Shown here: piece after piece, positions 29,677 to 40,729 of the stretch
Position numbering within the stretch: the stretch's first letter is position 1
Layout: each line of letters opens with the position of its first letter
Assembly (NCBI GenBank): GCA_965224025.1
Contig: OZ245033.1
Location: 2,400,001-2,464,000, forward strand
Length of the DNA: 64,000 bases
From: Candidatus Multivorans sp.
Lineage (GTDB): Bacteria; Acidobacteriota; Thermoanaerobaculia; Multivoradales; Multivoraceae
Direction: 5' to 3'
The notes under the pieces: model-generated
Seen by the model: only the letters and a program-made list of their open reading frames with translations
Told to the model about the DNA's origin: nothing
Database searches by the model: none
Translations under genes and position numbers: made by a program

Positions 29677-30774
29677 ATGTGGATCAAGAAGCACGACCCC
29701 GCCCGTTACCTCCCCTCGGACTCCGGTATCGCGCTGCCGAGCCGCGAGCCGACGCCGCGGGAGGTCTACATGGACCGCCGCAAGTTCGTGGCCGCGGCCG
29801 CGGTCGGCATTGCCGGCGCGTCGCCTCTGGCTTCGCAGTTTCGCCTCCGCCAGCAAGTGTCGGCGCCGCCGCCCGCGCCGCCGATCGAGGACAAGCTGAA
29901 GCCGGCCCTCGAGCGGCCCGACGTCTACGGCGCCGAGCCCAGCGCGCGGCCCAAGCGCAACACGAAGTTCGCGGGTCCGCCGGAGAGCGTCGGCGGCGAG
30001 CTGACGCCGCGCGACTTCGCGGGCAGCCACAACAACTTCTACGAGTTCCTGCCGGGCCGCGGCGGTCCGGTGTGGAAGTTCGCCGGCAAGTTCACCGTCG
30101 AGCCGTGGAAGGTCGAGGTCACGGGCCTGTGCGACAACCCGATGACGCTCGACCTCGACGACATCTTCGGCATCGAGCACGAGGAGAGGCTCTACCACTT
30201 CCGCTGCGTCGAGCGCTGGGCGATGAACGTGCCCTGGAGCGGCTTTCCGCTGAGCAAGCTGATCGAGAAGGCCAGCCCGAAGTCCTCTGCCAAGCATGTT
30301 CGCTTCTTCACCGCTCTCAAGAGGGCCCAGATGCCAGGCGTCAGGGAGGCCCATTGGTACCAGTGGCCTTACTTTGAAGCCCTGAGGCTGGAGGAGGCGA
30401 TGAACGAACTCGCCTTTGTCGCGACCGGGATCTACGGCGAACCGCTGCTCAAGCAGCACGGCGCGCCGCTGCGCATCGTGGTGCCCTGGAAGTACGGCTA
30501 CAAGAACCCCAAGTCGATAGTCAAGATCGAGTTCGTGGCCGAAGAGCCGAAGATCTTCTGGCAGGTCCAGCCGCACGAGTACGGCTACCTCTCGAACGTG
30601 AACCCGTACATCCCGCACCCGCGCTGGAGCCAGGCGACCTCGCACTGGCTGCACAACAACCAGCCGTTCGACACGCCGATCTTCAACGGCTACGGCGAAC
30701 AGGCCGCCAAGCTCTATCCCGACGAGCCGACCACGATGCAGCGGCCGCTGCGGATGGGTCAGATCGCCCGGTAG
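29677..30774 (+). CDS. msrP: Protein-methionine-sulfoxide reductase catalytic subunit
   Basis: Tat DRRKFV; NNFYEF, FRCVERW, GAPLRIVVPWKYGYK, HPRWSQA. Confidence 0.93.
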   Translation: MWIKKHDPARYLPSDSGIALPSREPTPREVYMDRRKFVAAAAVGIAGASPLASQFRLRQQVSAPPPAPPIEDKLKPALERPDVYGAEPSARPKRNTKFAGPPESVGGELTPRDFAGSHNNFYEFLPGRGGPVWKFAGKFTVEPWKVEVTGLCDNPMTLDLDDIFGIEHEERLYHFRCVERWAMNVPWSGFPLSKLIEKASPKSSAKHVRFFTALKRAQMPGVREAHWYQWPYFEALRLEEAMNELAFVATGIYGEPLLKQHGAPLRIVVPWKYGYKNPKSIVKIEFVAEEPKIFWQVQPHEYGYLSNVNPYIPHPRWSQATSHWLHNNQPFDTPIFNGYGEQAAKLYPDEPTTMQRPLRMGQIAR

Positions 30775-30785
30775 GGCGCTAGCGC

Positions 30786-31091
30786 CTAGGCCACCATCTG
30801 CCGAGGCTTGACCCTCTCGGCAATGTGGCGACCGGCCTCAATCTCCGCGCGGCGAAGCTCCCAAGTCTTCTGGAGGTTCAGCCATAGCTGCGGCGTCGTG
30901 CCGAAGTAGCGCGCCAAGCGAAGCGCGGTGTTCGCGCTGACACCACGCTGACCGTTGAGTATGGCCGTGACGCGATTGACCGGCACGTCCAGGGCCTTCG
31001 ACAGAGCGTTGGCCGACATCCCGAGTTCATCGAGCTCTTCTCGCAGAATCTCGCCGGGATGCACCGGCCTCATTCCGTTTCTCGGCGTCAT
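30786..31091 (-). CDS. higA: HigA-family antitoxin (orphan)
   Basis: PVHPGEIL, TALRLARYFGTTPQLWLNLQ. Confidence 0.9.
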   Translation of the reverse strand: MTPRNGMRPVHPGEILREELDELGMSANALSKALDVPVNRVTAILNGQRGVSANTALRLARYFGTTPQLWLNLQKTWELRRAEIEAGRHIAERVKPRQMVA

Positions 31092-31172
31092 TCCACCATC
31101 GTAAAGGAGAATGGCCGCAACTGGAGTGCGGGGGGAGGCTGCGACGGCACCACATGCCGACTCCATTCGCCT

Positions 31173-32771
31173 CTACGACCCGTCGGGAGCCTCGGTTCCC
31201 ATCGAGGCCCCTGCACCGCGTCTTGCCGCTTGCACGGCCGCCGTGAACAAGCCCATCGCGGCGCCGAACGCCAGGAGCCCACCGAGCTGCACCCAGCCCA
31301 GGGCGTCGGAAGGCGTGGCGATCGCCAGGAGTTCGGAGGCGTAGTTGAACGACGCCGCCTCCTCGGTGCGCTTGGCTCTCAGGCCCGCGAGTCCCGCCAG
31401 CAGGAGGCCGGCGCCGATGACGCTGAGGATCCCGAAGGCCGTTCCGCTCGCGGCAAGCTGCCCGGCGGTCTTCGGTGGCAGCGGTTCCGGACGGCGGATC
31501 TCGAAGACCGGTTCGCGGGCCCGTGGCGAGACGAACCGTGAGAGCATGTAGAGCCCTGGGATGCCGAGCGGCATCGTCATCAGGAAGAAGTTCGACCATC
31601 CCACGGCGTCGACCGTGATCCCGGCCACCGGCCCCGAGAAGATGCGGCCGAAGCCGAACAGGGTCGAGAACAGCGCGTACTGCGTAGCCGAGAAGCGCTT
31701 TTGGGTCATCCGCAGCAGCAGCACCGAGAAGGCCCCGGTGCCGAGCCCCTGACAGAGGCTCTCGAAGCCCATCGCGCCGTAGAGCACCAGAGAGTGATTC
31801 GGCACGTTGGCCAGCAGCACGTAGCCGAGGTTCGAGAAGATCTGGAGCGAGCCGAAGGTCCAGAGCGCTCTGCCGAGGCCGATCGAGTTCGTGGCCAGGC
31901 CACCGATGATCGCGCCGCCGATCGTCGTGGCCAGACCGATGGTCCCGAGAGCGACGCCGCGGTCGTATGCGGAGTACCCCATGTCGATGAGGAAGGGCCG
32001 CAGGAGGGACTGCGCCATGTTGTCGGCCAGCTTGAACAGGATGACGAAGGCCAGGATCTCGACCGCTCGGTCCCGGGAGAGGAAGCCGAGGAAGGGCAGC
32101 CAGACCGCTTGGCGAAGCGTTCTCGGCTGGGGTGGCTGGTTGCGGGGATTGGGCGCCAGAATCGTGACCGCAAGCATCGGCAGGTAGAGCGTCGCCAGCC
32201 CGGCGCAGATGACCGGCCAGGAGAGCGGTTTCGCCAGGGTGATGGCGGCGGCGCCGGCGATGTACATGCCGGCACGGTAGAGCGCGATGCGGGCGCCCAC
32301 GGCGGCGCCCTGTTCTTCCTTCCTGAGCACGTCCACGGCGTAGGCGTCGATCACGATGTCCTGGGAAGCCGCCGCCATTGCGATGGCGAACGTGAAGGCC
32401 AGCGCGATCCATGGCGCGTCCGGATGGTCGCCGACGCCGGCCAGGGCGAACGTGCCGAGCAGCAGGCCGATCTGGGCGATCGCCATCCAACTCCGGCGTC
32501 GGCCGAGGAAGGGAGGCGAGAACCGGTCCATGAGTGGTGCCCAGACCACGTTGAAGGTCCAGGGGATCTGGGCGAGCGTGAACAGGCCGACGATGCGGAT
32601 GTCGACGCCGGCATCGCGCATCCAGTCCGGAATGGCAATCCAGACCAGCCCCAGCGGCATGCCGGAAGAGAAGGAGAGCAGGACGACGGAGGCCGTTCGC
32701 CATGAGGAGAAGGCGCGGGCCAGGCTCTTGAACGTGCCTGGGCGCTCCTGCTCTTGAGGCTCTTCGCTCAT
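31173..32771 (-). CDS. ampG: AmpG-like MFS muropeptide permease
   Basis: FSSGMPL, WAPLMDR..GRRRSW, ASQDIVIDAY, FSATQYALF. Confidence 0.88.
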   Translation of the reverse strand: MSEEPQEQERPGTFKSLARAFSSWRTASVVLLSFSSGMPLGLVWIAIPDWMRDAGVDIRIVGLFTLAQIPWTFNVVWAPLMDRFSPPFLGRRRSWMAIAQIGLLLGTFALAGVGDHPDAPWIALAFTFAIAMAAASQDIVIDAYAVDVLRKEEQGAAVGARIALYRAGMYIAGAAAITLAKPLSWPVICAGLATLYLPMLAVTILAPNPRNQPPQPRTLRQAVWLPFLGFLSRDRAVEILAFVILFKLADNMAQSLLRPFLIDMGYSAYDRGVALGTIGLATTIGGAIIGGLATNSIGLGRALWTFGSLQIFSNLGYVLLANVPNHSLVLYGAMGFESLCQGLGTGAFSVLLLRMTQKRFSATQYALFSTLFGFGRIFSGPVAGITVDAVGWSNFFLMTMPLGIPGLYMLSRFVSPRAREPVFEIRRPEPLPPKTAGQLAASGTAFGILSVIGAGLLLAGLAGLRAKRTEEAASFNYASELLAIATPSDALGWVQLGGLLAFGAAMGLFTAAVQAARRGAGASMGTEAPDGS

Positions 32772-32934
32772 CGAAGATCATCCTATGCGGACTCGGCTAT
32801 ATGCCCTGCCTCCGCTGGGAAACGCCGGCCATTCAACCGCACCCGACGACGGCAGGAAGCGGTACCTGGAACCCGAAGCCCCAAAATCCGTAGTTGAAGC
32901 CAGACACCAGGCTTCTCCAGGGAGGAAACCGATC

Positions 32935-33144
32935 GTGACCACAGCCGCCGCCAAGTCCCGCCCCCTGCATCGCTCCGCGTCCAACCGCCTCATCGGCGGC
33001 GTCTGCGGCGGTCTCGCGGCCTGGCTGGGCTGGAACCCCACCGTGGTGCGCCTGCTCTACGTCCTGATCTCCATCCTCTCGGTCGCGTTCCCCGGGATCA
33101 TCGTCTACATCCTGCTGTGGATCGTCATGCCGCTCGGCGACTAG
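32935..33144 (+). CDS. pspC: PspC domain protein
   Basis: LHRS..IGGVCGGLA..VVRL..YILLWIVMP; GGAGG RBS. Confidence 0.88.
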   Translation: MTTAAAKSRPLHRSASNRLIGGVCGGLAAWLGWNPTVVRLLYVLISILSVAFPGIIVYILLWIVMPLGD

Positions 33145-33256
33145 CCCGCATGTTTCACCGAGGTCCGTAGCGAGGGCGTCGAGGCGCTACAGCGAGCGGA
33201 TCCGCGGCCGGAGTAGGACACCGGTGAAGTGTGCGGGCCAATCGGCCACGGCGATG

Positions 33257-33330
33257 GCCGTGCCACTCGCGCGCCCGCTGACGGGCGCGCGAGTGGTTCA
33301 CAGGTGGCGCGGAACGCGTCACCTGGGTTG
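33257..33330 (-). repeat. REP/BIME-like repeat (hairpins 1+2)
   Basis: Reverse complement aligns with 13761-13832 with compensatory stem changes. Confidence 0.78.
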
Positions 33331-33347
33331 GTAGGCTGAGTCGGTAG

Positions 33348-34805
33348 ATGGCCCCGGTCGACGCAGCAAGCTTCCACGACGCCCTCACCCGGCGCCTGGG
33401 TTCGGAGCGCGTCCTCACCGGTGCGGCACCGATGGCGGCCTACGAGTCGGACGCGTTGACCGCGTTCCGCGCCCGACCGCGGGCGGTCGTTCTGGTCGAG
33501 TCGGCGGAAGAGGTTGTCGACGTCGTCCGGCTGTGCGCCGCGGCGGAGGTGCCCTTCCTGGCCCGCGGCAGCGGCACCAGCCTCTCGGGCGGCTCGCTGC
33601 CCGTCGCCGACGGCGTGGTCATCGCGATGAACCGGCTCAACCGCATCCTCGAAGTGGATCCGGTGCGGCGGGTCGCGGTGGTGGAGCCGGGAGTCGTGAA
33701 CCTCTCCGTGTCGAACGCGGCGGCGCCCTACGGCCTCTACTACTCGCCCGACCCGTCGAGCCAGTCCGTGTGCACGATCGGCGGCAACCTGGCCTTCAAC
33801 TCGGGCGGCGCGCACTGCCTGAAGTACGGCATGACGAGCAACCACGTGCTCGGTCTCGAGGTCGTGCTGCCGGACGGCGAGGTGGTCGAACTCGGCGGCG
33901 ACAGCCTGGAGGGCGTCGGCCCTGACCTCGTCGGCTTGTTCGTGGGCTCGGAGGGCCTGTTCGGCATCGCGACGAAGATCACCCTGCGCCTGCTGCCCAA
34001 ACCGGAGACCTTCTTTACCCTGCTGGCCGCCTACGACTCGCTGGCGGCCGCCGGAGAGGCAGTTGCCGCCGTCGTGGCTTCGGGCCTGTTGCCCGGGGCG
34101 ATGGAGATCATGGACAACTTGGTCATCGAGGCGGCCGAAGCGGCGGTCGGCGCCGGATACCCGCTCGACGCCGAGGGGCTCCTGATCGTCGAGCTCGAAG
34201 GCGAGAAGCAGCAGGTGGCGGCCGAGAGCGAACTGCTGCTCGAAGTCGTCAGGCGGTCGAAGCCGTACCTCGAACACGTCGCCAGCGACCCGGACGACCG
34301 GATGCGGATCTGGAAGGGCCGCAAGAGCGCCTTCTCGGCGGTGGGGCGGCTGAGCCCGGACTACATCGTCCAGGACGGGGTCGTGCCGCGCTCCCGCCTG
34401 GGCGAGGCCCTGACGAAGATCCAGCACTTGGGCGAGGAGCACGGCATCCGCGTGGCGAACGTGTTCCATGCCGGCGACGGCAACCTGCACCCGCTCATCC
34501 TCTTCGACGGCCGCGTCGAGGGCGAGTTGGAGCGCGCCGAGGAGTTCGCGGGCGAGATCCTCCGCCTGTGCATCGACCTCGGGGGCTCGATCACCGGCGA
34601 ACACGGCGTCGGGATGGAGAAGCGCCAGTACCTGGGCGAGATGTTCGACGACGCCGACCTCGATGCGATGCGCCGCATCCGCACCGCCATCGACCCGGAC
34701 GAACTGGCGAACCGCGGCAAGATGTTCCCGGACGCGGAGGCGCCGGTGCTGCTCAGCCACGGCCCGCACCCGCTCGAAGTGGCCGGGGTCATCTCGCGCG
34801 AATGA
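33348..34805 (+). CDS. glcD: Glycolate oxidase FAD subunit GlcD-like
   Basis: [40 protein letters not shown]. Confidence 0.9.
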   Translation: MAPVDAASFHDALTRRLGSERVLTGAAPMAAYESDALTAFRARPRAVVLVESAEEVVDVVRLCAAAEVPFLARGSGTSLSGGSLPVADGVVIAMNRLNRILEVDPVRRVAVVEPGVVNLSVSNAAAPYGLYYSPDPSSQSVCTIGGNLAFNSGGAHCLKYGMTSNHVLGLEVVLPDGEVVELGGDSLEGVGPDLVGLFVGSEGLFGIATKITLRLLPKPETFFTLLAAYDSLAAAGEAVAAVVASGLLPGAMEIMDNLVIEAAEAAVGAGYPLDAEGLLIVELEGEKQQVAAESELLLEVVRRSKPYLEHVASDPDDRMRIWKGRKSAFSAVGRLSPDYIVQDGVVPRSRLGEALTKIQHLGEEHGIRVANVFHAGDGNLHPLILFDGRVEGELERAEEFAGEILRLCIDLGGSITGEHGVGMEKRQYLGEMFDDADLDAMRRIRTAIDPDELANRGKMFPDAEAPVLLSHGPHPLEVAGVISRE

Positions 34806-35920
34806 CGGGCGCTCCCAGTCGACCAGGTTCGGCGGCCGAGGTTGCAGCGGAGGTACGCGGCGCGAAACGGATCGTTCCGCGCGGCGGCGGCACGAAGCCG
34901 GCGCTGTGGGCGGCGGAAGGCGCCCACATGCTCGACGTGTCCGCCCTCAGCGGCATCACCGAGTACTTGCCCAGCGAGTACACGGTGACCGCCCTGGCCG
35001 GGACGCCGCTTGCCGACGTCGAGGCGCGACTCGCGGCGGAAGGCCAGTACCCTCCCTTCGACCCGTTGCTCGTCGACGCCGGCAGCACCGTCGGCGGCGC
35101 CGTGGCCGCGGGGGCCAACGGCCCCGGCCGTCTGCGCTACGGCGGCCTGCGCGACTTCCTGCTCGCTGTGACCTTTGTCGACGGCCGCGGCGAGATCGTC
35201 CGCGGCGGCGCCAAGGTGGTCAAGAATGCCGCCGGATTCGATCTGCCGAAGCTCATGGTCGGCAGCCTGGGCCGTTTGGGCGTTCTCACCGAGTGCACCT
35301 TCAAGGTCTTTCCCCATCCCGAGAGCTGCGCCACCCTGCGCGTCGCCGGCCTGGCCTTCGACGAGGCGCTAGCCGCCGCCGGCCGCATCAGCGGCGGCGC
35401 GGTCGAACTCGAATGCCTCGACCTGGTGCACGGCCTGGCCGGCTGGGACCTGGAGATCCGCATTGGCGGCCGCAGCTACGCGCTCGATGCGCGCCTGAAA
35501 CGCGCCGCGGACCTGCTCGACAGCGACGTCTCAACCCTCGCGGGCGACGCCGACACGCAACACTGGAGAGCCCGGCGGGAACTCGAGTGGGCTCCGCCAG
35601 ACGCCTCCGTGCTCAAGCTCCCCCTGACTCCGGCCACGGCGGGCGTCCTGGAACAGGTCCTCACGGACTTGAACGCCACCCACGCGGCCAGGATCTTCAG
35701 CGCCGGCATCCAGCAGGCCTTCCTCGCCTGGCCCGCCGAACGGGGCGCCGATCTGCCCGCCCTCGACCGGGCCCTCACCGAAGCGAGACTGACCGCCCTC
35801 GCCCTGCGCGCCCCAGCCGAAGCAGCCGCGAAACCGATCCTGGGCTACCGCTCCGGCGGCGAGCTGCTACGCCGCGTCGAGCAGGCCCTCGACCCGGCCG
35901 GCCGGTTCGGCCGCCTGTGA
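34802..35920 (+). CDS. glcE: Glycolate oxidase subunit GlcE-like
   Basis: [30 protein letters not shown]; ATGA overlap with glcD. Confidence 0.87.
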   Translation: MTGAPSRPGSAAEVAAEVRGAKRIVPRGGGTKPALWAAEGAHMLDVSALSGITEYLPSEYTVTALAGTPLADVEARLAAEGQYPPFDPLLVDAGSTVGGAVAAGANGPGRLRYGGLRDFLLAVTFVDGRGEIVRGGAKVVKNAAGFDLPKLMVGSLGRLGVLTECTFKVFPHPESCATLRVAGLAFDEALAAAGRISGGAVELECLDLVHGLAGWDLEIRIGGRSYALDARLKRAADLLDSDVSTLAGDADTQHWRARRELEWAPPDASVLKLPLTPATAGVLEQVLTDLNATHAARIFSAGIQQAFLAWPAERGADLPALDRALTEARLTALALRAPAEAAAKPILGYRSGGELLRRVEQALDPAGRFGRL

Positions 35921-36270
35921 CGCTACGGGAAGCCAGAGCGTCGGCGAGCCGGCCTTGCGGCTGGGGTGGAAATCAAGGTTCCACCACGGTCAGACCGTCT
36001 GACTTCCGGGTCTTCGGAAGCTGGCCGCGGCCATCGGCGACCGCTTCGCCGGCGGAGTGGCCCCGGGCACGCACATGGCATGGGCTGTAACGCCTTGACG
36101 CGGTCGCCGACGCTGACGTACGGTCGCAAGCTGCCCCGCTTGCTGAATGGAGAAACGAGCGTTTGATCGTCCAACAGTCTGACACCTCGGCCGCCGTCCG
36201 GGAACAGCACCGGCTGCTGTTCTGACCTGGCAGCCGGAACGGACAACGGCGGTGGAAAGCGGAACGGAAG

Positions 36271-37263
36271 ATGGACGTCAAGGAAGCAGTGCAAACCGTC
36301 AGGCCACACCTGGACGCGCTCGACGTGGAGGACTTTCCGGGTTGTGTAGCGGTGCCGATGACCGAGGCCGAGCTTGAGGAGTACGAAGGGCGCCTCGAGT
36401 ACTGGGCCGCGGACACCCAGACGGCGATGATCGTCGCGGAACCGACGACGACGTATCACGAGATTCCCTCTCACCGGGTGACGGGACTCGTTCGCGAGAT
36501 CGGCCTGGCTCGCGGATCGGAGATTCTCGCGCTCGGCTCGGTCGACCTCGCGCAGTTCACGGACGAGGGCGGGCGCAACGTCCTGCTGCAGGCGGATGCG
36601 GTCTTCTTCCTGAGTCGACCGTGGCCGAAGGAGAAGGCGGTTGACGTCGACGCCGGTCCGGCGCCGGACGTGTTGCTGGAAGTGGACCACACGACGGACG
36701 TGCGTCGGGGGAAGCTCTCGGTGTACGCGTCGTTGGGGCTGCCCGAGGTATGGGTGGAGGTGCCGCAGCCGGAGTGGCTGGCGCCGCGCGAGTCAGGCTG
36801 GCCGCGGCTGACGATCTACCTCCTCGAAGGTGGCCGGTACGTCGAGTCGGCGCGCAGCCGGGCGTTCGCGGGCTGGACGGCTGCGGAGATTCACCGGGCC
36901 CTCAACGAGGAGGTGCGTTCGCCGGAGACGGTAGCAGCCCTGCGTCGCGTCGGCCGCCCGTTGGGCCGGGCGATGGGAACGGGCCCGGACGACGATCTCT
37001 TCCTCGCGGCGGAGCGGGAGGAGAGCCGGGAACAGGGTCGTCGGGAAGGCCGCGAGGAGGGGCGGCAACTCGGACGCCTCGACGCGACACGGCTCATGGT
37101 CCGCCAGACTCTCGCAGCGCGCGCCATTCCGGCGTCTGAGGAGATCGATGCCTGGCTTGCCGGACTCTCGGCCGATACGGACACGGCGTCCCTCGTGGAG
37201 GCCGCCGTCGAGTGCCGGGACGCGGAGGACTTCCTGTGCCGCGTTCAGAAGTCTGGACACTGA
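36271..37263 (+). CDS. Uma2 (DUF820) family endonuclease-fold protein
   Basis: QADA, PDVLLEVD, KLSVYASLGLPEVW, SRAF; EGREEGR tail. Confidence 0.85.
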   Translation: MDVKEAVQTVRPHLDALDVEDFPGCVAVPMTEAELEEYEGRLEYWAADTQTAMIVAEPTTTYHEIPSHRVTGLVREIGLARGSEILALGSVDLAQFTDEGGRNVLLQADAVFFLSRPWPKEKAVDVDAGPAPDVLLEVDHTTDVRRGKLSVYASLGLPEVWVEVPQPEWLAPRESGWPRLTIYLLEGGRYVESARSRAFAGWTAAEIHRALNEEVRSPETVAALRRVGRPLGRAMGTGPDDDLFLAAEREESREQGRREGREEGRQLGRLDATRLMVRQTLAARAIPASEEIDAWLAGLSADTDTASLVEAAVECRDAEDFLCRVQKSGH

Positions 37264-37940
37264 GTCGAGTCACCAGAGCTCCCGCAAGACTGCGGCTCCT
37301 TGGAGTCTCGGATCAGGTTGCCAAGTGCACACCTACGTTGCCGGCCCAGTCCGCTGTTCCTTCGAACGAGCCAGGTTCTCACTTCCCGCCAGCAGGTCCT
37401 CCCAGCCCCGGTGATCCCAACCGCGGCGATGTCCCACCGGTCCCACGGCGTCGGACCGTAGTCCCGGTCGAAGCGGCGGAAGATCGCAGCGGCCCGGTCG
37501 GCGGACAGGAGCTGGACGAGCGGATCGGTGTCGACATCGATTCCGTGTTCTTCGGTGTACTTCTCGACCTCGCGCGAGTAGCTCTTCCAGTCGCCGCTGG
37601 CATCGGGGATGCCCACGCCCACGGAGAGGTCAGGCCACCGCCGAACGACGGCCGAATCCAGTTCGGCTTCGGTGGGCTCGATCCGTTGCCGGAAGTCCTG
37701 CTTGGTCTGCTCGTCCTCGTACGTCCGGTGTTGCCACTTGGGCTCCATGCCGGTCAACTGGCGGCGGAGTTCGCTCGTCCCGGCCTGGATGTCGTCGAGG
37801 GTGGCAGCGTGCTCTTCGTTCTTCTCCGTCAAGGCGTCGACGCGCCCGTCGACGCGGTCCAAGGCTCGCTGCACTTGGCCTAGTTGGTGGCGCTGGGCAA
37901 GCGCGGCCGACTCAGCTTCCCGTTGCGCCCGTTTCTTCAT
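37245..37940 (-). CDS. Hypothetical coiled-coil protein, probably 3'-truncated
   Basis: Overlaps upstream gene; coiled N-terminus; sequence looks non-native after WDRWDIAAVGITG. Confidence 0.55.
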   Translation of the reverse strand: MKKRAQREAESAALAQRHQLGQVQRALDRVDGRVDALTEKNEEHAATLDDIQAGTSELRRQLTGMEPKWQHRTYEDEQTKQDFRQRIEPTEAELDSAVVRRWPDLSVGVGIPDASGDWKSYSREVEKYTEEHGIDVDTDPLVQLLSADRAAAIFRRFDRDYGPTPWDRWDIAAVGITGAGRTCWREVRTWLVRRNSGLGRQRRCALGNLIRDSKEPQSCGSSGDSTQCPDF

Positions 37941-39153
37941 TGCCGTCTGGTTGCTCTTTGTCGATCTCCTCCCGCAGGTCCTCCTCGAAAGCGTGCTCTC
38001 TCTGGCGGAGCTGTGCCAGCGCCCTGCCTAGCAGGGCCAGTTCGCTTGAGAGCCTCTCGATCAGGAGCTGGTTCCTCTCGACATCTCTCGTCAAACCGGC
38101 CAGCCGGTCGGCGAAGTACGCGATGTCTTCGGCGAGGTTGGCTATCGCCTTCCGGTGGATGCGGAGGACCTCCTGGAGCATGAGCTCCCGGCGCGCGGAC
38201 CTGGCGCGACTGCTGCGGCCCATGAACCAGCGCGTGCCGCGGTAGATGACCGCGCCGCCAATGACGGCGATTCCGAGGCCCGAGATCATGGCGGACAGAC
38301 CCAGAACTCCTCCGAGGCCGAGCGCCGCGAGGCCCGAAGTGATGCCGGCGGCGCTCAGTCCGGTGACGCTGCCGCTCAGGTAGACGGCGGTGATGGGCAC
38401 TCCGACTGCGGCTGACTTCGCGGCCAAGTCCTTGGCGATCTCCTCGAGACGCCGATCCGAGATCCGGCCGTCCAGGATCTTCCGATCCTGAACGCAGGCG
38501 TCCTCGATGAAGTCGAGCTGTTTGTCGTTGATGCCAAGCAGGTCGGCCAGTCGACGAATGCCACCTGCCAGCGCTGGCGAACCATCGCGGGATGTGGCGA
38601 GGTCCAGCCGGAGGGCATCCTTGAGCAGCGAGAAGCCCAGAGCGTCTTGCGTTTCTTCCGGCGTCCGTTCCCTCATCCCGGGAATGAGACTCTCGGGGTC
38701 GAGACTGCTGGGATCAGTGATTGCGTCACGGAGTGCCCGGCGGGTCTCGACATGGCACTTCAACTGCGTCAGCAGCACTTGCAGTTCGCAGACCTCGCGC
38801 TCGTCGATCACACGGTCGTCCTGGTAGGTGAGCCAGACGAGCGTCTCCAAGTAACAGCGCTTCACTCCTTCAGGCAACTCCGAAACGGCGACCTCCGGTG
38901 TGACTTCGGTGTCCTTCGCCGCTACGCGATCCTTGACGGCCCTCGCGCCTCGTTGGGCCGCGTCTGCAACGGTACGTGCTGCCTTGCCGCCGACTTCTCC
39001 CGCCCGCATGGCGGTCTCGACGAGTTGTTTGCTGGCCTTCTTCGCATCCGAGACTTTCCGTTTCGCGCGGTTCACCGGTCCGGCTGCCTTGTCTCGGGAA
39101 GCCCGCGCCTTGTCCGTTGAAGGGGCGTCGGACTGTGAGGGTTCGGTGCTCAT
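37912..39153 (-). CDS. Hypothetical protein: TerB-like helical domain + Gly-rich TM hairpin + coiled coil
   Basis: YLETLVWLTYQDDRVIDERE; SGSVTGLSAAGITSGLAALGLGG. Confidence 0.65.
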   Translation of the reverse strand: MSTEPSQSDAPSTDKARASRDKAAGPVNRAKRKVSDAKKASKQLVETAMRAGEVGGKAARTVADAAQRGARAVKDRVAAKDTEVTPEVAVSELPEGVKRCYLETLVWLTYQDDRVIDEREVCELQVLLTQLKCHVETRRALRDAITDPSSLDPESLIPGMRERTPEETQDALGFSLLKDALRLDLATSRDGSPALAGGIRRLADLLGINDKQLDFIEDACVQDRKILDGRISDRRLEEIAKDLAAKSAAVGVPITAVYLSGSVTGLSAAGITSGLAALGLGGVLGLSAMISGLGIAVIGGAVIYRGTRWFMGRSSRARSARRELMLQEVLRIHRKAIANLAEDIAYFADRLAGLTRDVERNQLLIERLSSELALLGRALAQLRQREHAFEEDLREEIDKEQPDGNEETGATGS

Positions 39154-39244
39154 GTCTTGCTGGAGCTTGGCCGATGCACGACGCCGTCCAGCCCGCCCAG
39201 GGTCCGGTTCCGGCAGCGCAGCGCCGGGTCGCCGACTCAGCGTC

Positions 39245-40681
39245 TCAGCTCGCCTTCGGCAATGCTCCCATCACCGCCTTGACCTCGAGGAACTCCTCAA
39301 AGCCGAAGTCTCCCCACTCGCGGCCGTTGCCGGACTGCTTGTAGCCGCCGAAGGGGGCGCCGAAGTCGGCGGGGGCGCCGTTAATGTGGACGTTGCCGGC
39401 GCGGATGCGCGAGGCGACGCTGCGGGCGTGATCGAGGTCGCCGGACTGGACGTAGCTCGAGAGGCCGTAGGGCGTGTCGTTGGCGATCCGGATCGCCTCC
39501 TCCTCGGTTTCGTAGGGGAGGATGGAGAGCACCGGGCCGAAGATCTCTTCCTGGGCGATCGTCATGTCGTTGTTCACGCCGGCGAAGACGGTGGGGCGGA
39601 CGTAGTAGCCTCTGTCCATGCCCTCGGGGCGGTCGGTGCCGCCGGTTACGAGCTCGGCGCCCTCTTCGATCCCCTTGGCGATCAGACCCTGGATCTTGTC
39701 GTACTGGACCTTGCTGACGACGGGGCCGATGGCGACGCCTTCCTGTCCCGGCGGGCCGACGACGGTCGCCTCCGCGGCGGCCTTGGCGACTTCCAACGCG
39801 CGGGCGTGCGATGCGGCGGGGACCAGCATGCGCGTCGGCGCGTTGCAGGACTGGCCGCTGTTCAGGAAGCACTGCCGCGTGCCGGCCTTGACCGCCCTGT
39901 CGAGGTTGGCGTCCTCGAGCACGACATTCGGCGACTTGCCGCCGAGTTCCTGGGCGACGCGCTTGATCGAGTCGGCGGCGGCCTTGGCGACCGCGCGGCC
40001 GGCGCGGGTCGAGCCGGTGAACGACATCATGTCGATCCCGGGGTGGGCGGACAGCGCGGCGCCGACCTCGGGACCTTCGCCGTTGATCAGGTTGAAGACG
40101 CCTGGCGGCACGCCGGCGTCGTGAAGGATCTCGGCGAGCAGGATCGCGTTGAGCGGCGCCACCTCGCTCGGCTTGAGAACCATCGTGCAGCCCGCGGCGA
40201 GCGCCGGGGCGACCTTGCAGGCGATCTGGTTGATCGGCCAGTTCCAGGGCGTGATCAGGCCGCAGACGCCGACGGCTTCCTTGACGATGTTGGTCGTGCC
40301 GCGCGTCTCGACGAATTCGTAGTTCTTGAGCACGCCGAGCGCGCCCGCGAAGTGGCCGAGGCCGGACGGGGCCTGGGCGGCCTTGGCGAGCCAGGCCGGC
40401 GCGCCCATCTCGGAGGAGATCGTCTCGGCCATCTCGCCGATGCGCGCCTTGTAGCCGGCGACGATCCGGCCCAGAAGTTCGACCCGCTCCTCGCGGCTGG
40501 TCCGGGAGAAGGACTCGAAGGCCGCCTGCGCCGCGGCCACGGCGCGGTCGACGTCGGCCGCGCTGCCGAGGCTGATCCGGCCGGTCGGCTCTTCTGTCGA
40601 CGGATCGATGACGTCCATCGTCTTCGGCGTGACCGGGTCGACCCATTCACCGTTGATGTAGAACTGCAGCGCTTCCTTCAT
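39245..40681 (-). CDS. Aldehyde dehydrogenase
   Basis: ITPWNWP, FTGS, QELGGKSP, NSGQSC, EEIFGP, FGGYKQSG. Confidence 0.95.
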   Translation of the reverse strand: MKEALQFYINGEWVDPVTPKTMDVIDPSTEEPTGRISLGSAADVDRAVAAAQAAFESFSRTSREERVELLGRIVAGYKARIGEMAETISSEMGAPAWLAKAAQAPSGLGHFAGALGVLKNYEFVETRGTTNIVKEAVGVCGLITPWNWPINQIACKVAPALAAGCTMVLKPSEVAPLNAILLAEILHDAGVPPGVFNLINGEGPEVGAALSAHPGIDMMSFTGSTRAGRAVAKAAADSIKRVAQELGGKSPNVVLEDANLDRAVKAGTRQCFLNSGQSCNAPTRMLVPAASHARALEVAKAAAEATVVGPPGQEGVAIGPVVSKVQYDKIQGLIAKGIEEGAELVTGGTDRPEGMDRGYYVRPTVFAGVNNDMTIAQEEIFGPVLSILPYETEEEAIRIANDTPYGLSSYVQSGDLDHARSVASRIRAGNVHINGAPADFGAPFGGYKQSGNGREWGDFGFEEFLEVKAVMGALPKAS

Positions 40682-40729
40682 CGGGGCGTCTCCTGGATGG
40701 TTCTGGTTGGCGGAACCCGCCGGGGCCGA

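Noticed and set aside
35923-36260. Possible decayed PIN toxin ending GLTVVEP
   Set aside because: Similarity is too weak and spread over several frames
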